64,000 bases of DNA from Roseibacillus sp. (GCA_965242925.1 CBDEUM010000033.1:18947-82946), one strand, 5' to 3'; shown: positions 30,888-44,098, counted from the first letter of the stretch. The notes: generated by a model not told the origin, from the letters alone. A program made the numbers and translations.

Positions 30888-31046
30888 ATGAAAACGCTCC
30901 AGGCCCTTCTTGCTGCATGCGCCTTATCAGCCCTCCCCCTCTACGCAGCCGATGACAGCGACCTAACCTACGCCACGGCGGCCGGCGAGGTCGGCAACCC
31001 CGATTTGGCAACCACCGAAGCTCTAGGGCAGATAACCGGAGAATAA
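30888..31046 (+). CDS. Small secreted protein or gene remnant (52 aa), absent from the ORF track
   Basis: Translated by hand: MKTLQALLAACALSALPLYA-ADDSDLTYATAAGEVGNPDLATTEALGQITGE*. Textbook Sec signal peptide. Confidence 0.5.
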   Translation: MKTLQALLAACALSALPLYAADDSDLTYATAAGEVGNPDLATTEALGQITGE

Positions 31047-31051
31047 AGGCG

Positions 31052-32098
31052 ATGAGTGATTTACCAAAGCTTTCCGCTCCCTGGGGAACGCCTTCCAGCG
31101 GCCTGTCTCGGCGTTCCACGTTTAAGTGGGCGACCGCGGCGGCGGTCGGCGCAGTGACAACGGCAACCACTACGACCCCGGCTACCGCTGCTCCTCGCAA
31201 AGCCGACGCCCGGCGCAGTTCACCGAAACGCTACCGGATGAAGAAGTCCATCAACCAGTGGGCCTTCCCTTACCCCGAGAAGATGAACCTGCGGGAATGC
31301 CTGCAACTGGCCAAGGACGCAGGATTCGACGGCATCGAACTGAACTACGACCTCGATAATGATCTTTCCCCTAAAAGCGGAACCAAGGAGTACCATGCCA
31401 TCCGTAAAATGGCCGATGAGATCGGGATCGCCATAAGCGGACTCTGCTCCTTCCTCTTCTGGCCCTATCCGTTGACCAGCAATGACCCAGAGGAGAGAAA
31501 ACGGGGGATGGAATTGGCGGGCCTCATGACCAAAGCTGCCCACGATCTCGGTGTGGAAAACCTGCTCGTCGTCCCCGGTGCAGTCCACATGCCGTGGCGC
31601 GAAGACCATGACCCCACCCCCAACGACCTCTGCGACAGGCGCGCCCGCGAGGCCATTGGCAAACTTCTTCCGACCGCTGAAAAGCTGAAGGTGAAACTCA
31701 ACATGGAGAACATCTTCTTCAATGGTTTCCTGCTATCGCCCGAGGAAATGAACAACTTCGTCGACCCCTTCGACAGCGAGTACGTAAATGTGCATTTCGA
31801 CACCGGTAACATCATGATCTTCCAGTTTCCGGAGCATTGGATCCGCCAACTCGGCAAACGTATCAGCAACGTCCACCTCAAGGAATTTTCCAAGAAAGGC
31901 ACCGACTACTCCCTGGAGTCCTTTCGCCCCCTCCTCGACGGCACCACGGACTGGCCCGCAGTGATCGAGGCCTTCGACGCAACAGGCTACGATGGCTACC
32001 TGACCTTCGAATATTTCCACCCCTACCCTCATTACCCCGAGGCCCTCATTCATCAAACCGCCGATTCGCTCGACCGCATGCTCGGCATCCATTCATGA
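31052..32098 (+). CDS. Tat-signal sugar isomerase/epimerase, TIM barrel
   Basis: SRRSTFK plus Ala/Thr-rich signal, GFDGIE, MEN, FDTGN, VHLKE, LTFE. Confidence 0.87.
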   Translation: MSDLPKLSAPWGTPSSGLSRRSTFKWATAAAVGAVTTATTTTPATAAPRKADARRSSPKRYRMKKSINQWAFPYPEKMNLRECLQLAKDAGFDGIELNYDLDNDLSPKSGTKEYHAIRKMADEIGIAISGLCSFLFWPYPLTSNDPEERKRGMELAGLMTKAAHDLGVENLLVVPGAVHMPWREDHDPTPNDLCDRRAREAIGKLLPTAEKLKVKLNMENIFFNGFLLSPEEMNNFVDPFDSEYVNVHFDTGNIMIFQFPEHWIRQLGKRISNVHLKEFSKKGTDYSLESFRPLLDGTTDWPAVIEAFDATGYDGYLTFEYFHPYPHYPEALIHQTADSLDRMLGIHS

Positions 32099-32464
32099 CC
32101 CTGGCAAGGACTCGTCTCTCCATCCTGCCATGGCACTTTCCATCTGCCTCCTCTCTGAACCCCCTCCAACCCCGGCGCATGGACCGCCCCAAAAAGGGAA
32201 TTCCTGGCAGGAATCAGTAAGGATCACTCTGTCGCCTGTCGCTCGCAATACGGGGTGAGGCTGATGACGATCGTGCGTCCGCGCCCTTGCCAAGGATTCC
32301 CTCGCCGGAGAACTGTGCCGTCTTCCCGGCAGCAGGACCCTTGATTACTACCAGCCGCGGCATGGAGCACCGCCCCTGCAAGAGAGAACCCTGCTACGGC
32401 TTCCCAACCTGCAATCTCGCGCCATAAGGGCAGCATCAGGGCTCCCCCCACTCCACCGGCTGTC

Positions 32465-32492
32465 TTGCCAACTCTCCCCGATGGCGTAGAAT
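32465..32492 (+). promoter_or_regulatory. tRNA promoter
   Basis: TTGCCA-16nt-TAGAAT, 9 nt before the tRNA. Confidence 0.6.
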
Positions 32493-32501
32493 CCTGCCCA
32501 C

Positions 32502-32575
32502 GCTCCCGTAGCTCAGTTGGATAGAGCAACGGATTTCTAATCCGTAGGTCGCAGGTTCAAATCCTGCCGGGAGTG
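32502..32575 (+). tRNA. tRNA-Arg(TCT)
   Basis: GCTCCCGTAGCTCAGTTGGATAGAGC, ACGGA-TTTCTAA-TCCGT, GTTCAAATC. Confidence 0.96.
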
Positions 32576-32651
32576 CCCTCGTCCATTCATAGTCTGCAAC
32601 GTGCAGCATGCTGGCCATGGGAGGCAATCCTCTGAGCACTGAAACTTTCCT

Positions 32652-33407
32652 CTGAGCACACCCCGAAATCACCCCGGTCTCCTCATCGTCCTGGAAGGCA
32701 TCGACGGCACGGGCAAGTCGACCCAGGCCGGACTCCTTGCCAAGGCCCTGCGCCAGGAGGGACGCCGCGTGATTCTCTCCCGCGAACCCACCGACGGACC
32801 ATTCGGCCGCAAGCTCCGGGAGTCAGCCACCAGCGGGCGGCTCTCTCCCGAGGAGGAACTTCAACTCTTTCACCAGGACCGGCGTGAGCACGTGGAAAAG
32901 GTCATCGACCCTGCCCTGCAGGGTGGCGCGATCGTCATCCTCGACCGCTATTACTTTTCCACCATGGCCTATCAGGGAGTCCGCGGCTTCGATCCCGGAG
33001 AGATCCGCAGGATCAATGAGGAATTTGCACCCCGCCCCGACCTGCTTCTCCTTCTCGACCTCTCCCTCGACACGGCTCTTGAACGGATTGGCGTCCGCGA
33101 TGGGCGGGGCAACGAATTCGAACAGCGGGAATCCCTGCAGCTTTGCAGTCAGATTTTCCATTCCGTGCAGGACGATTTCCTGCGTGTGATCGATGCGGAT
33201 CAAGCCATCGAGGAGATCCACGGAGCCATCATGGCCGCGGTCCAGGACCTGCTCCAGTCCCCTCCCGATAGGACGGTCCCGGATTCCTGCTACTCTATCC
33301 CCGCGGGTTCCTCCTTGAAATACACCTCGCGAGGTTTCGCTCCGTCTGCCGGACCCACGATCCCGCGCTGCTCAAGGATATCTACCATGCGGGCGGCACG
33401 GGTATAG
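32652..33407 (+). CDS. tmk: Thymidylate kinase
   Basis: The in-frame P-loop LEGIDGTGKST at 32691 lies upstream of the tracked start. Also REP, LDRY..ST.AYQG. CTG 32652 is the most plausible start after TGA 32640. Confidence 0.92.
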   Translation: MSTPRNHPGLLIVLEGIDGTGKSTQAGLLAKALRQEGRRVILSREPTDGPFGRKLRESATSGRLSPEEELQLFHQDRREHVEKVIDPALQGGAIVILDRYYFSTMAYQGVRGFDPGEIRRINEEFAPRPDLLLLLDLSLDTALERIGVRDGRGNEFEQRESLQLCSQIFHSVQDDFLRVIDADQAIEEIHGAIMAAVQDLLQSPPDRTVPDSCYSIPAGSSLKYTSRGFAPSAGPTIPRCSRISTMRAARV

Positions 33408-35836
33408 CCCAGACGCAGCCGCCGCTGCAGAAGCGATGTGCTCGCCTTCTGTTCCTGCATGATGACCTCGAGACACTTCTGGAGAATCTCCTCATCGGCA
33501 TCGGAAACCTCATCCTCATCACCATCTTCCCCTCCTCCTCCACCCTCAATACTGGCCTGCACACTTTTCTCGAAACGCTGCTCGCTCTGGTCGGAGCAGA
33601 ACTCCACCAGGGATTCCACTTCCTCGTCGGAAATCCAGGCGCCCTGGGCCCGGTCGAGCTTGGCCGAGCCGGGCGGCAGGAAGAGCAGGTCACCCTTGCC
33701 TACCAGTTTCTCCGCACCCTTGCCGTCGAGAATAACGCGACTGTCCAGGGCCGAGGACACCTGAAAGGCGATACGACTCGGGATGTTCGCCTTGATGATC
33801 CCGGTCACCACATCGGCCCGCGGCGTCTGAGTGGCTACTATCAGATGGATTCCTGCCGCCCGAGCCTTCTGTGCAATCCGGGCGATACACATCTCCACAT
33901 CAGCCGGAGCGGTCTGCATGAGATCAGCCAGTTCATCGATAATCACCACAATGTAGGGGAAACGGTCGGGGATCTCTTCTTCCTCTTCCCAGTCTCCATC
34001 CACCGGCCCCAGTTCCCCATCCTCCAGCGCCGCTGCAATCGACTCAACCTGCTCCTCATCGACGATTTCCTCTTCCTCTTCACAGTCCTCCTCCGCTGCA
34101 TCAAGTCCGTATTCCCCCTCGTCGCGCACCCGGTTGTTGAAGGAATCGAAGTTCCGAACACCTTCTTTGGCGAAGATCTTGTAGCGCCGCTCCATTTCAT
34201 TGACGCACCACTTGAGCGCACCCACCACCTTACGCGGATCAGTAACGACCGGCACCACGAGGTGCGGAAGAGCTGAATAGATCTGCATTTCAACCACTTT
34301 CGGGTCAATCATGATGAACCGCAGCTCGTCTGGACCGAACTTGAAGAGAATACTTGAGATGATTGAGTTGATACAGACCGACTTGCCGGATCCGGTGGCG
34401 CCCGCCACCAGAAGGTGTGGCATGGCTGCGAGATCGCCGATGACCGCCTTGCCATAGACATCCTTGCCCAGAGCGAGAGGGATCTTGCGCTTGGAGCTGC
34501 GGAACTCGTCGTCCTGCAGCAGTTCCCGCAGGGCCACGGGCATCCGCGAGTCATTGGCAATCTCGATTCCCACCGTATCCTTGCCGGGAATAGGGGCGAG
34601 AATGTTGATCCGCTCCGCCTTGGTCGCCCGCGCCAGGTCCGGTTCCAACTGTGCGATCCGGCTCACCCGCAGGCCAACGCTCGGGTAAACCTCGTAACGG
34701 GTGATGGTCGGGCCACGGGTGATGTCGCCAGCTGTCACATCCACTCCGAACGCCTTGAGAGTCTCCACGATCTTGGTTTGCTGCGCAATGAGGACATCAG
34801 TGTTGTCCTCGGTTGGGGAATCCTCCTCCTCATATTCCAGCAGATCGAACCCGGGCAGTTCGTAATCCTCGAAACCTTCCGTGCTGAGGGCGGCATGCTG
34901 TTTGGGTTTCTTGCGCTCGAAGGGTTTGGCTCCAGCCTCAATGGTGGGCCTGATGCGCTGGGTGGCATCAATGATCTGCGGTTCGGGAAGTTCCTGCAGG
35001 GGCAAGTGGGACTGCCCTTCCTCGTCCTCTTCGAAATCGGCTTCCGCCTCACTCTCCCACTGCTCCTCCTCGTCTGCTTCCACCAGAGGTTTCCGGTCCT
35101 TCACCTTCTTTTTCCGGGACGCCGACTTCTCCTTCGAAGACGACCGCGGCCTGTCCGATCTGCTCTTTTCCTCCACCCGTGCAGCCCAGGCTTCACGGAT
35201 CTCACCACTCTTTTCGACAATCCAGCGGCACAGTTCCTTGACGAACTTGATGGGGTGCGCTCCCAGCAGGGTGAAAAAACTCAACCAGTAGATCATCCCG
35301 AGCAGGATGATCGAGCCCAGACTGTTGAGCAGTCCCTTGAATACCACTATGCCCAGTCCCTCTCCAATCACTCCACCCGTCCCGGCAATCAGGTATGTCG
35401 TCTGCCAACTCGTAAAGAAGCTGTCCTGCACCGCCACCAGGCTCGCACCACTGACCAGGCAGACCGCAAATCCAATCCAGGTTCGCATGCTGAAGGACGC
35501 ATCCAGAAAGAGACGCGCCACGCCCAGCCAGATCAATCCCAGCGGAAGCAGATAGGCCGCCACCCCAAAGAGCTGAATCTGGCCGAAACCGATCAGGCTC
35601 CCCACCGGCCCAATCCAGTTGTCCCGGGGATGATTTGCTTCCATTCCCAGGGCGAAGTCCCCCAGAAGCGTCCAATCGGTGAACGGAAACTTGATCGGCA
35701 GATCCCCCGGGGTGTACGAAATGAGCGACAGGAGCAGGAGCACGCCCGTTCCTGCAAGCAAGATGCCCATCCCCTCACTCGACCAACGAGACTCGTCGGC
35801 GCCCTTCCGCTTCGACTTGTTCCTGGATCTCGCCAT
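33290..35836 (-). CDS. ftsK: DNA translocase FtsK
   Basis: N-terminal TM domain, PHLLVAGATGSGKS, IDELADLM, gamma domain STSLLQRRLRLGY.RAAR. Confidence 0.97.
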   Translation of the reverse strand: MARSRNKSKRKGADESRWSSEGMGILLAGTGVLLLLSLISYTPGDLPIKFPFTDWTLLGDFALGMEANHPRDNWIGPVGSLIGFGQIQLFGVAAYLLPLGLIWLGVARLFLDASFSMRTWIGFAVCLVSGASLVAVQDSFFTSWQTTYLIAGTGGVIGEGLGIVVFKGLLNSLGSIILLGMIYWLSFFTLLGAHPIKFVKELCRWIVEKSGEIREAWAARVEEKSRSDRPRSSSKEKSASRKKKVKDRKPLVEADEEEQWESEAEADFEEDEEGQSHLPLQELPEPQIIDATQRIRPTIEAGAKPFERKKPKQHAALSTEGFEDYELPGFDLLEYEEEDSPTEDNTDVLIAQQTKIVETLKAFGVDVTAGDITRGPTITRYEVYPSVGLRVSRIAQLEPDLARATKAERINILAPIPGKDTVGIEIANDSRMPVALRELLQDDEFRSSKRKIPLALGKDVYGKAVIGDLAAMPHLLVAGATGSGKSVCINSIISSILFKFGPDELRFIMIDPKVVEMQIYSALPHLVVPVVTDPRKVVGALKWCVNEMERRYKIFAKEGVRNFDSFNNRVRDEGEYGLDAAEEDCEEEEEIVDEEQVESIAAALEDGELGPVDGDWEEEEEIPDRFPYIVVIIDELADLMQTAPADVEMCIARIAQKARAAGIHLIVATQTPRADVVTGIIKANIPSRIAFQVSSALDSRVILDGKGAEKLVGKGDLLFLPPGSAKLDRAQGAWISDEEVESLVEFCSDQSEQRFEKSVQASIEGGGGGEDGDEDEVSDADEEILQKCLEVIMQEQKASTSLLQRRLRLGYTRAARMVDILEQRGIVGPADGAKPREVYFKEEPAGIE

Positions 35837-35996
35837 AAATTTTTACACAGAGCCGCGAAAAGGATTCCGCTTCATGCATAGAATCCCCTAAAATCAAAGG
35901 GTGAACAAGATTGAATGACAGTTTTTTTTATTTTCAAGAAACCTTAAGGATATTGCCCTCTTCGCTCCCTTTCCCCGCCTCTTTCTTCCCGACCTG

Positions 35997-36686
35997 ATGC
36001 GCCTCCTCCTCCTCTTCCTGAAAGAACCCCTCCCTGGCGAGGTCAAAACCCGGTTGGCCGCCACCGTGGGTGCGGAACAGGCGGCGACCGTCTACCGTGC
36101 AATGGTGCGCCTTCTCCTCATGCAGTTAAGCGGACTGGAACAGTGCCACCTGCGCTTCTGCTACACACCCGACGACGCCCACGATGCCATCCGCTTCTGG
36201 ATCCTGCCCGAGATCATGGACACGCCGGAGATTAAACTGAACCTGGAGCACATTGACTTCCGAGCCCAGGGCGGAGGTGACCTGGGAGCTCGCCTCACCC
36301 GCGCCGCCCGGCAGGCCTTCCAGGAGGGCTACCAGAAGGTCGCCTTCATCGGCAGTGACTGCATTGAAATTTCCAGCCGGTGGATTCAGGCGGCCTTTGC
36401 CCAGCTCAACGACACCCACGACGCGGTCATCGGACCGACCCCGGATGGAGGATACCACCTTCTTGGCATGCAGCGTTACCTGCCCGCTCTCTTCGACAGA
36501 ATTCCGTGGAGCACCCCGGTCACCTGCCAGATCACTACCGAGCGGGCGGCCGAAGAGGGTATTTCCCTCTATACGCTCCCTTCCCTGCCCGACATCGATA
36601 CCGAAGAGGACTACAAATCCACCCTGGTCGGCCCGCTGGGGCCCCGCCTGCAAAAGATCGTGGAGAGCCTGGGAAAGAAGTCTTGA
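35997..36686 (+). CDS. DUF2064/TIGR04282-type glycosyltransferase
   Basis: K.P.PG.VKTRL, Q.GGDLG.R, IGSDC, GP..DGGY.L, I.WST, DIDT. Confidence 0.88.
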   Translation: MRLLLLFLKEPLPGEVKTRLAATVGAEQAATVYRAMVRLLLMQLSGLEQCHLRFCYTPDDAHDAIRFWILPEIMDTPEIKLNLEHIDFRAQGGGDLGARLTRAARQAFQEGYQKVAFIGSDCIEISSRWIQAAFAQLNDTHDAVIGPTPDGGYHLLGMQRYLPALFDRIPWSTPVTCQITTERAAEEGISLYTLPSLPDIDTEEDYKSTLVGPLGPRLQKIVESLGKKS

Positions 36687-36917
36687 GAGGTTGCCCCCTT
36701 GGGCAGCGACAATACGACCGGGAAATCCCCCTCCCCTTCAATCACAATCCGTCCGGTGCCCCCCGCCAGTTTTCACCCGGAGCCCGGACTGAAGGCTGGA
36801 TTCGACCCGGCAGACTCCCCCTGCGGAGCGATCGACGGCACTGATCCTCTCCCGGTCCGTTATCATTGTCACCGCTTGCCTCTTGGCAATTACCGCCCAC
36901 CGTGTTCAATCCATTGG

Positions 36918-37851
36918 TGTGCAGCCGATCACCTTTCAACCACTCTACATGACCCGAGTGTGGGGTGGCCGGACGCTGGAGGAAGTTTATTCCAGGGACC
37001 TGCCCGATTCCCAACCCTACGGCGAATCATGGGAAATCACGGATCGCAGCAATGAACAATCCGTGGTGACCGCCGGGGAAATGGCAGGACTCACCCTGCA
37101 CGATCTCTGGACGCAGCGACGCGAGGAAATCTTTGGCGAGGGACTGCAAGGCGAACGGTTCCCCCTCCTCATCAAGATTCTCGATGCCCGCCATGACCTC
37201 TCCATCCAGGTTCATCCTCCCGCAAAAGTCGCTCCCCGTCTGGGTGGCGAACCGAAAACGGAGATGTGGTACATTGCCGATGCCCTTCCCGGTGCCAGAC
37301 TCTATCTCGGCCTCAGGAACGGGGTGACGCGCCAGCAGTTTGAAACCGCGCTCACGGAAGGGACGGTCGACCAGGTTGTCCACGCCGTGGAACCCCGGAC
37401 CGGACAGTCCATCTTCATTCCCTCCGGTCGCCTCCATTCCATCGGGGCCGGGTTCCTGATCTACGAGATTCAGCAGAACTCCGACACCACCTATCGTGTC
37501 TTCGACTGGAACCGGATCGGTCTGGACGGCAATCCGCGTGACTTGCACATCCCGGAATCGCTGGACTGCATCGACTTTCACGACCAGGAACCCGGGATGG
37601 ACACACCCGACGGCAGCACCCTGGCAAAATGTGATCACTTTACGGTCGATCAACTGGACCTCCCTGCTGGAGCGGCCATCGGCAATCCTGATTCCGATCG
37701 CTTTTCAATCATCACGGTGGTGAAGGGTGCCTTGCACGACCGCGATGACCGCTCCTTCACAGCGGGAAACTGTCTCCTGCTCCCCCGTGGGGCGGATCAA
37801 CTGGAATCCTCCTCCGCAACCTCCCTGCTGCAAACCACTATTCCCTGCTGA
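36918..37851 (+). CDS. manA: Class I mannose-6-phosphate isomerase
   Basis: VWGG, GESWE, FPLLIKILDA, LSIQVHP, KTEMWY, EIQQNSDTTYR. The start is an estimate. Confidence 0.9.
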
Positions 37852-38008
37852 AACCTTCCAGCAGGGCCGGCCTCCCCGTCATTGTCCAGGCCTGCTCCCT
37901 GTTCCCGCCCTCTCTCGCCCTTCAATCCGGTTACCGGGCGGCCTTTCGACAAATCAAACCCTCGGAGACATCCCGGACATTCCCCCCTCGAGGAGTCCCC
38001 GGACATCC

Positions 38009-38866
38009 TCAGTCCGGGAACACAATAGCACGATGTCCATCCAGGATGATGCGGTCGTGCACGTGATAGCGAATGCCTCTGGCGAGGGCTGACCGCTCGC
38101 AATCCCGGCCTAGTCGGATGAGGTCGTGCACGGAGTGGTAATGTTGCACCCTCTCCACTTCCTGGTCGATGATGGGACCTGCATCCAGGTCCTCCGTCAC
38201 GTAGTGACAGGTCGCTCCGATCAACTTCACCCCGCGCTCAAAGGCCTTGCGGTAGGGATTGGCCCCCGCGAAAGCCGGCAGGAAGCTATGATGGATGTTG
38301 ATCATGCGACCTTCGTAGGATCCGCACAACCACCCGGGAACGACCTGCATGAACCGCGCGAGAACGACCAGTTCGACCGACTGCTCCTGCAGCAGTTTCT
38401 CGATCTTTCGGAACCCGGGCTCCTTGTCCTCTCCAATTTCGACGAAATGAAAGGGAATGCCCGCCTTTTCCGCAATCGGCCGGCAGTCTTCACGGTTTCC
38501 AATGATGGAGGTGATCTCCACGGGGACTTCCCCGAGTTGCGCCCGCCAGAGAATCTCGTTGAGGCAGTGATCGGTGCGCGTCACCAGCACTGCGGTGCGC
38601 ATGCGATAGGGAAGTCGTCGAAAGTGCCAGCGGGCCTCCAGCGCGCGTCCCAGTGTCCCGAAACCACTCACAAAGTCGTCCGTCTCCACATCCAGTCCGG
38701 AGGTATCGACTTCAAGACGGGCAAAGAATTTCTGGTTCGCCGTATCCGTAAACTGGTTGAACTCCACCAGGTTGCCCTCGTGATCTGATACGTATCCCGC
38801 AATCCGCGCCACCAACCCGGGGCGGTCCGGACAGTCAATCTTCAGAATCAGTCCCTCTCTGGTCAT
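38009..38866 (-). CDS. purU: Formyltetrahydrofolate deformylase
   Basis: ACT domain CPDRPGLVA, LARFMQ, INIHHSFLP, RGVKLIGATCHYVT. Confidence 0.96.
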   Translation of the reverse strand: MTREGLILKIDCPDRPGLVARIAGYVSDHEGNLVEFNQFTDTANQKFFARLEVDTSGLDVETDDFVSGFGTLGRALEARWHFRRLPYRMRTAVLVTRTDHCLNEILWRAQLGEVPVEITSIIGNREDCRPIAEKAGIPFHFVEIGEDKEPGFRKIEKLLQEQSVELVVLARFMQVVPGWLCGSYEGRMINIHHSFLPAFAGANPYRKAFERGVKLIGATCHYVTEDLDAGPIIDQEVERVQHYHSVHDLIRLGRDCERSALARGIRYHVHDRIILDGHRAIVFPD

Positions 38867-38870
38867 GAGA

Positions 38871-39770
38871 TTACTTGCCTCTAATCAGAGTTCGGGCGCG
38901 CTTGCGGGCCAAGGCGAGGAAATCCCTGGCAACGGGTTTCAGACCCTCCTGGTAAATCGCTCCAACCACCACCGGAGGAAAGCCGGTAAGCCGGATCTTG
39001 CGCAGCCCTTCCGGCGGTTCCTTCTCCGGAATGTCCACTCCCATTCCCACCCCGAAGCCCCGCACCACGTAATCCCCGATCAGTTCCAGGGAATCCACCT
39101 CCATGCTGGGAACCATGTCAATGCCGCGCTCATTAAACGCCTCCGTGAAGATCTTGCCCAGGATCTCGTGGGGAGGCAGCCCCACCAGCGGATATTTCGA
39201 GATCTTGCCCTTTGAATACGGGTCATCCTCCAGCATGTCTCTCAAGCGCCGGATCTTACCTTTCTCCGGCACCAACAGCACGAGAGGGACCTTGAGCAGT
39301 TCCACCGACTGCAAGCCCTCCATGTGACGGCCGTAAATGATGCTGATCGCAAGATCGATCTGTTGATTGAGGAGAAGGCCGTGAATATCCGAGGGCTGCA
39401 CCTCCCGCAGAGTAAAACGGACATCCGGTTCCTCCCTCCGCATCTCGCCCAGAAGATCAGGAAAATGATTACGTATCGCTGATGCCGAGGCGGCAATCCG
39501 CAGATGAAGACTCTCCTCACCCTTCAGGCAGGCCTCCATCTCCCCAAGACGGGAAAAGAACGGATAGAGGAAATCATAGAGTTCATTCCCCGCCGGCGTG
39601 AGCGCGAAGGGCCTCCGATTGAACAGTTTCACACCCAGATCCCGCTCCAACTGCAGGATCTGTCCACTCACCGCCGGCTGCTGGATGCCGTAGGGCATTT
39701 TCCGGACGGCCGCCGTGATCCCCTCGTATTTGGCAACGAAGTAGAACAGCTCAAGATGGTGGATGTTCAT
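38871..39770 (-). CDS. LysR family transcriptional regulator
   Basis: HTH QPAVS.QI.QLE..LG..LF.R, LTPAG. Confidence 0.92.
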   Translation of the reverse strand: MNIHHLELFYFVAKYEGITAAVRKMPYGIQQPAVSGQILQLERDLGVKLFNRRPFALTPAGNELYDFLYPFFSRLGEMEACLKGEESLHLRIAASASAIRNHFPDLLGEMRREEPDVRFTLREVQPSDIHGLLLNQQIDLAISIIYGRHMEGLQSVELLKVPLVLLVPEKGKIRRLRDMLEDDPYSKGKISKYPLVGLPPHEILGKIFTEAFNERGIDMVPSMEVDSLELIGDYVVRGFGVGMGVDIPEKEPPEGLRKIRLTGFPPVVVGAIYQEGLKPVARDFLALARKRARTLIRGK

Positions 39771-40024
39771 TCCGTCCCGATGGGTAGCACCTTTGATCAT
39801 CAGTTCAATCAATACTTCCGCGACTTCGATTGGATTGCGAGGCTCCCGAATTCCCCGTCATCCATGACCCTCCGCTCCCCGCCCATCTGAACTCCTCGCC
39901 CTCCCGGGGAGCCTCTTCATCTGGGGCGTCGGGCACCTCTTTCTGCCCGGACCGCTCAGCCCCCTCTTTCGAGTTTCCCGTTCAGAGAGCTTGAACCCTG
40001 CAACCTGGGACTGAAACTCCGGGC

Positions 40025-40477
40025 ATGCGTGCCGTCATTCAACGCGTTTCCAGAGCCTCCGTCACCGTTGAGGAAGCACCCGTCTCCGCCATCGGCTCAG
40101 GCCTCCTGATCCTCCTTGGAATCGAAGAAATTGACGGGGAAGAGGATGTCGAGTGGCTCGCACGCAAGATCACCGGCATGCGCATTTTCGAAGACGGGGA
40201 AGGCCGGATGAATCGCTCCCTCCTCGACACCGGAGGCGAAGCGATCGTGGTGAGCCAGTTCACCCTGCATGCCAGCACGAAAAAAGGCAATCGACCCTCC
40301 TTTATCAGAGCCGCCCCACCGGAACATTCCGAACCACTCTACCGACAGTTCTGCGAATTTCTCTCCGGGTGCCTGGACAGGGAGGTGGGGCGCGGCCGCT
40401 TCGGGGCCATGATGGAGGTCACCCTCACCAATGACGGACCAGTCACCATCGTGATCGACTCGCGGGGCCGGGAATAA
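40025..40477 (+). CDS. dtd: D-aminoacyl-tRNA deacylase
   Basis: [20 protein letters not shown]. Confidence 0.97.
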   Translation: MRAVIQRVSRASVTVEEAPVSAIGSGLLILLGIEEIDGEEDVEWLARKITGMRIFEDGEGRMNRSLLDTGGEAIVVSQFTLHASTKKGNRPSFIRAAPPEHSEPLYRQFCEFLSGCLDREVGRGRFGAMMEVTLTNDGPVTIVIDSRGRE

Positions 40478-40499
40478 TCCACGATTTCCGCTGACCACC

Positions 40500-41381
40500 C
40501 TAGTCCTTCAGCCGGGTCTTGGTTCCACAGAGCATGCAGCGATAGTTGGCAAAGATGACCGCATTGCGAGCCACCGCAAAGGTGTGCCCAAGGATGGATC
40601 TCCCGGCCCGCACGTGCTTACCGCACTTCTTGGGCACGAACAACCTCTGGCCACAGAGCCGGCAACGCGCCTTCGTGCCCTGTGCGAGATAGAGGATGAG
40701 GCAAAAGGGGAAGACGAGAAAAAGCAACGTAATGCTCCAGTGAAACTGAACCTTAAGAAAGAGCACCATGATTCCAATCGTCACCAGGGCCAGGACCGCC
40801 ATGATCGACAGTAACATGACCGCTACCGTCACCAGGGCAGCCCATCTCACCAATGCCGCGTCGGGGTGCGACATGCCCCGGTTGCGCCGCTCTCCCCGCA
40901 AGCTGACATCCCGCCGCTCCTCCAGGGTCTGAAAGGCAATGTCTGGCTCCTTGGATTCCACGGTTTCGCTATCCCGGGGGGAAAATTCCCTGAGATTTTC
41001 CCGGCCTTCCAACCCGGTTTTCCTGACAACCTCGACCGCACGGTCCCCGGGAGGGGACTCTTCCAGCACCTTGGCGACCGGCACCGAGGAAAGCTCGATT
41101 CCAGCTCCCTGCAGGCTGTCCAGCGAAACCTCCTTCGCCTCCGGGGCAGGAACCACGGCCTGCTTGCGCAAAAGATCACGACCAGTGCTCTGCCAGGCCT
41201 TTACCAGTTCCGCCGACGGGCCCTGCCCGGGCACCGCAAGACGCCTGCCGGCTTGATCGAGCCGTGTCATGATTTCCTCAGCCTCCAGGGAGGTCAGCAG
41301 CTCTACGGTATCCAGCTCCGCCTCGCGAAGAAGCGGGAGGACAGAATCTGTAATGCCTGGAACTTCAGAGATATCCCCCAT
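40500..41381 (-). CDS. DUF4332-like N-terminal domain, 2 TM and Cys-rich C-terminus
   Basis: HhH-like VPGI...LL..A....V..L and PS...V..W. CRLC, C..H and CMLC motifs. Confidence 0.6.
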   Translation of the reverse strand: MGDISEVPGITDSVLPLLREAELDTVELLTSLEAEEIMTRLDQAGRRLAVPGQGPSAELVKAWQSTGRDLLRKQAVVPAPEAKEVSLDSLQGAGIELSSVPVAKVLEESPPGDRAVEVVRKTGLEGRENLREFSPRDSETVESKEPDIAFQTLEERRDVSLRGERRNRGMSHPDAALVRWAALVTVAVMLLSIMAVLALVTIGIMVLFLKVQFHWSITLLFLVFPFCLILYLAQGTKARCRLCGQRLFVPKKCGKHVRAGRSILGHTFAVARNAVIFANYRCMLCGTKTRLKD

Positions 41382-41431
41382 CGCAGTCGTGCCTCCTCAA
41401 AACGTGCCTTATGGGCGGAACTAATCAAGAG

Positions 41432-44098
<2,667 letters not shown>

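Noticed and set aside
30296..32575. Prophage at tRNA-Arg
   Set aside because: No integrase, structural genes or tRNA-end duplication.
34415..35881. Long antisense ORFs (also 6879..8210, 28715..30076, 42791..44002, 49131..50624)
   Set aside because: Shadow frames of real genes, expected with high-GC codon bias, with no recognisable motifs.
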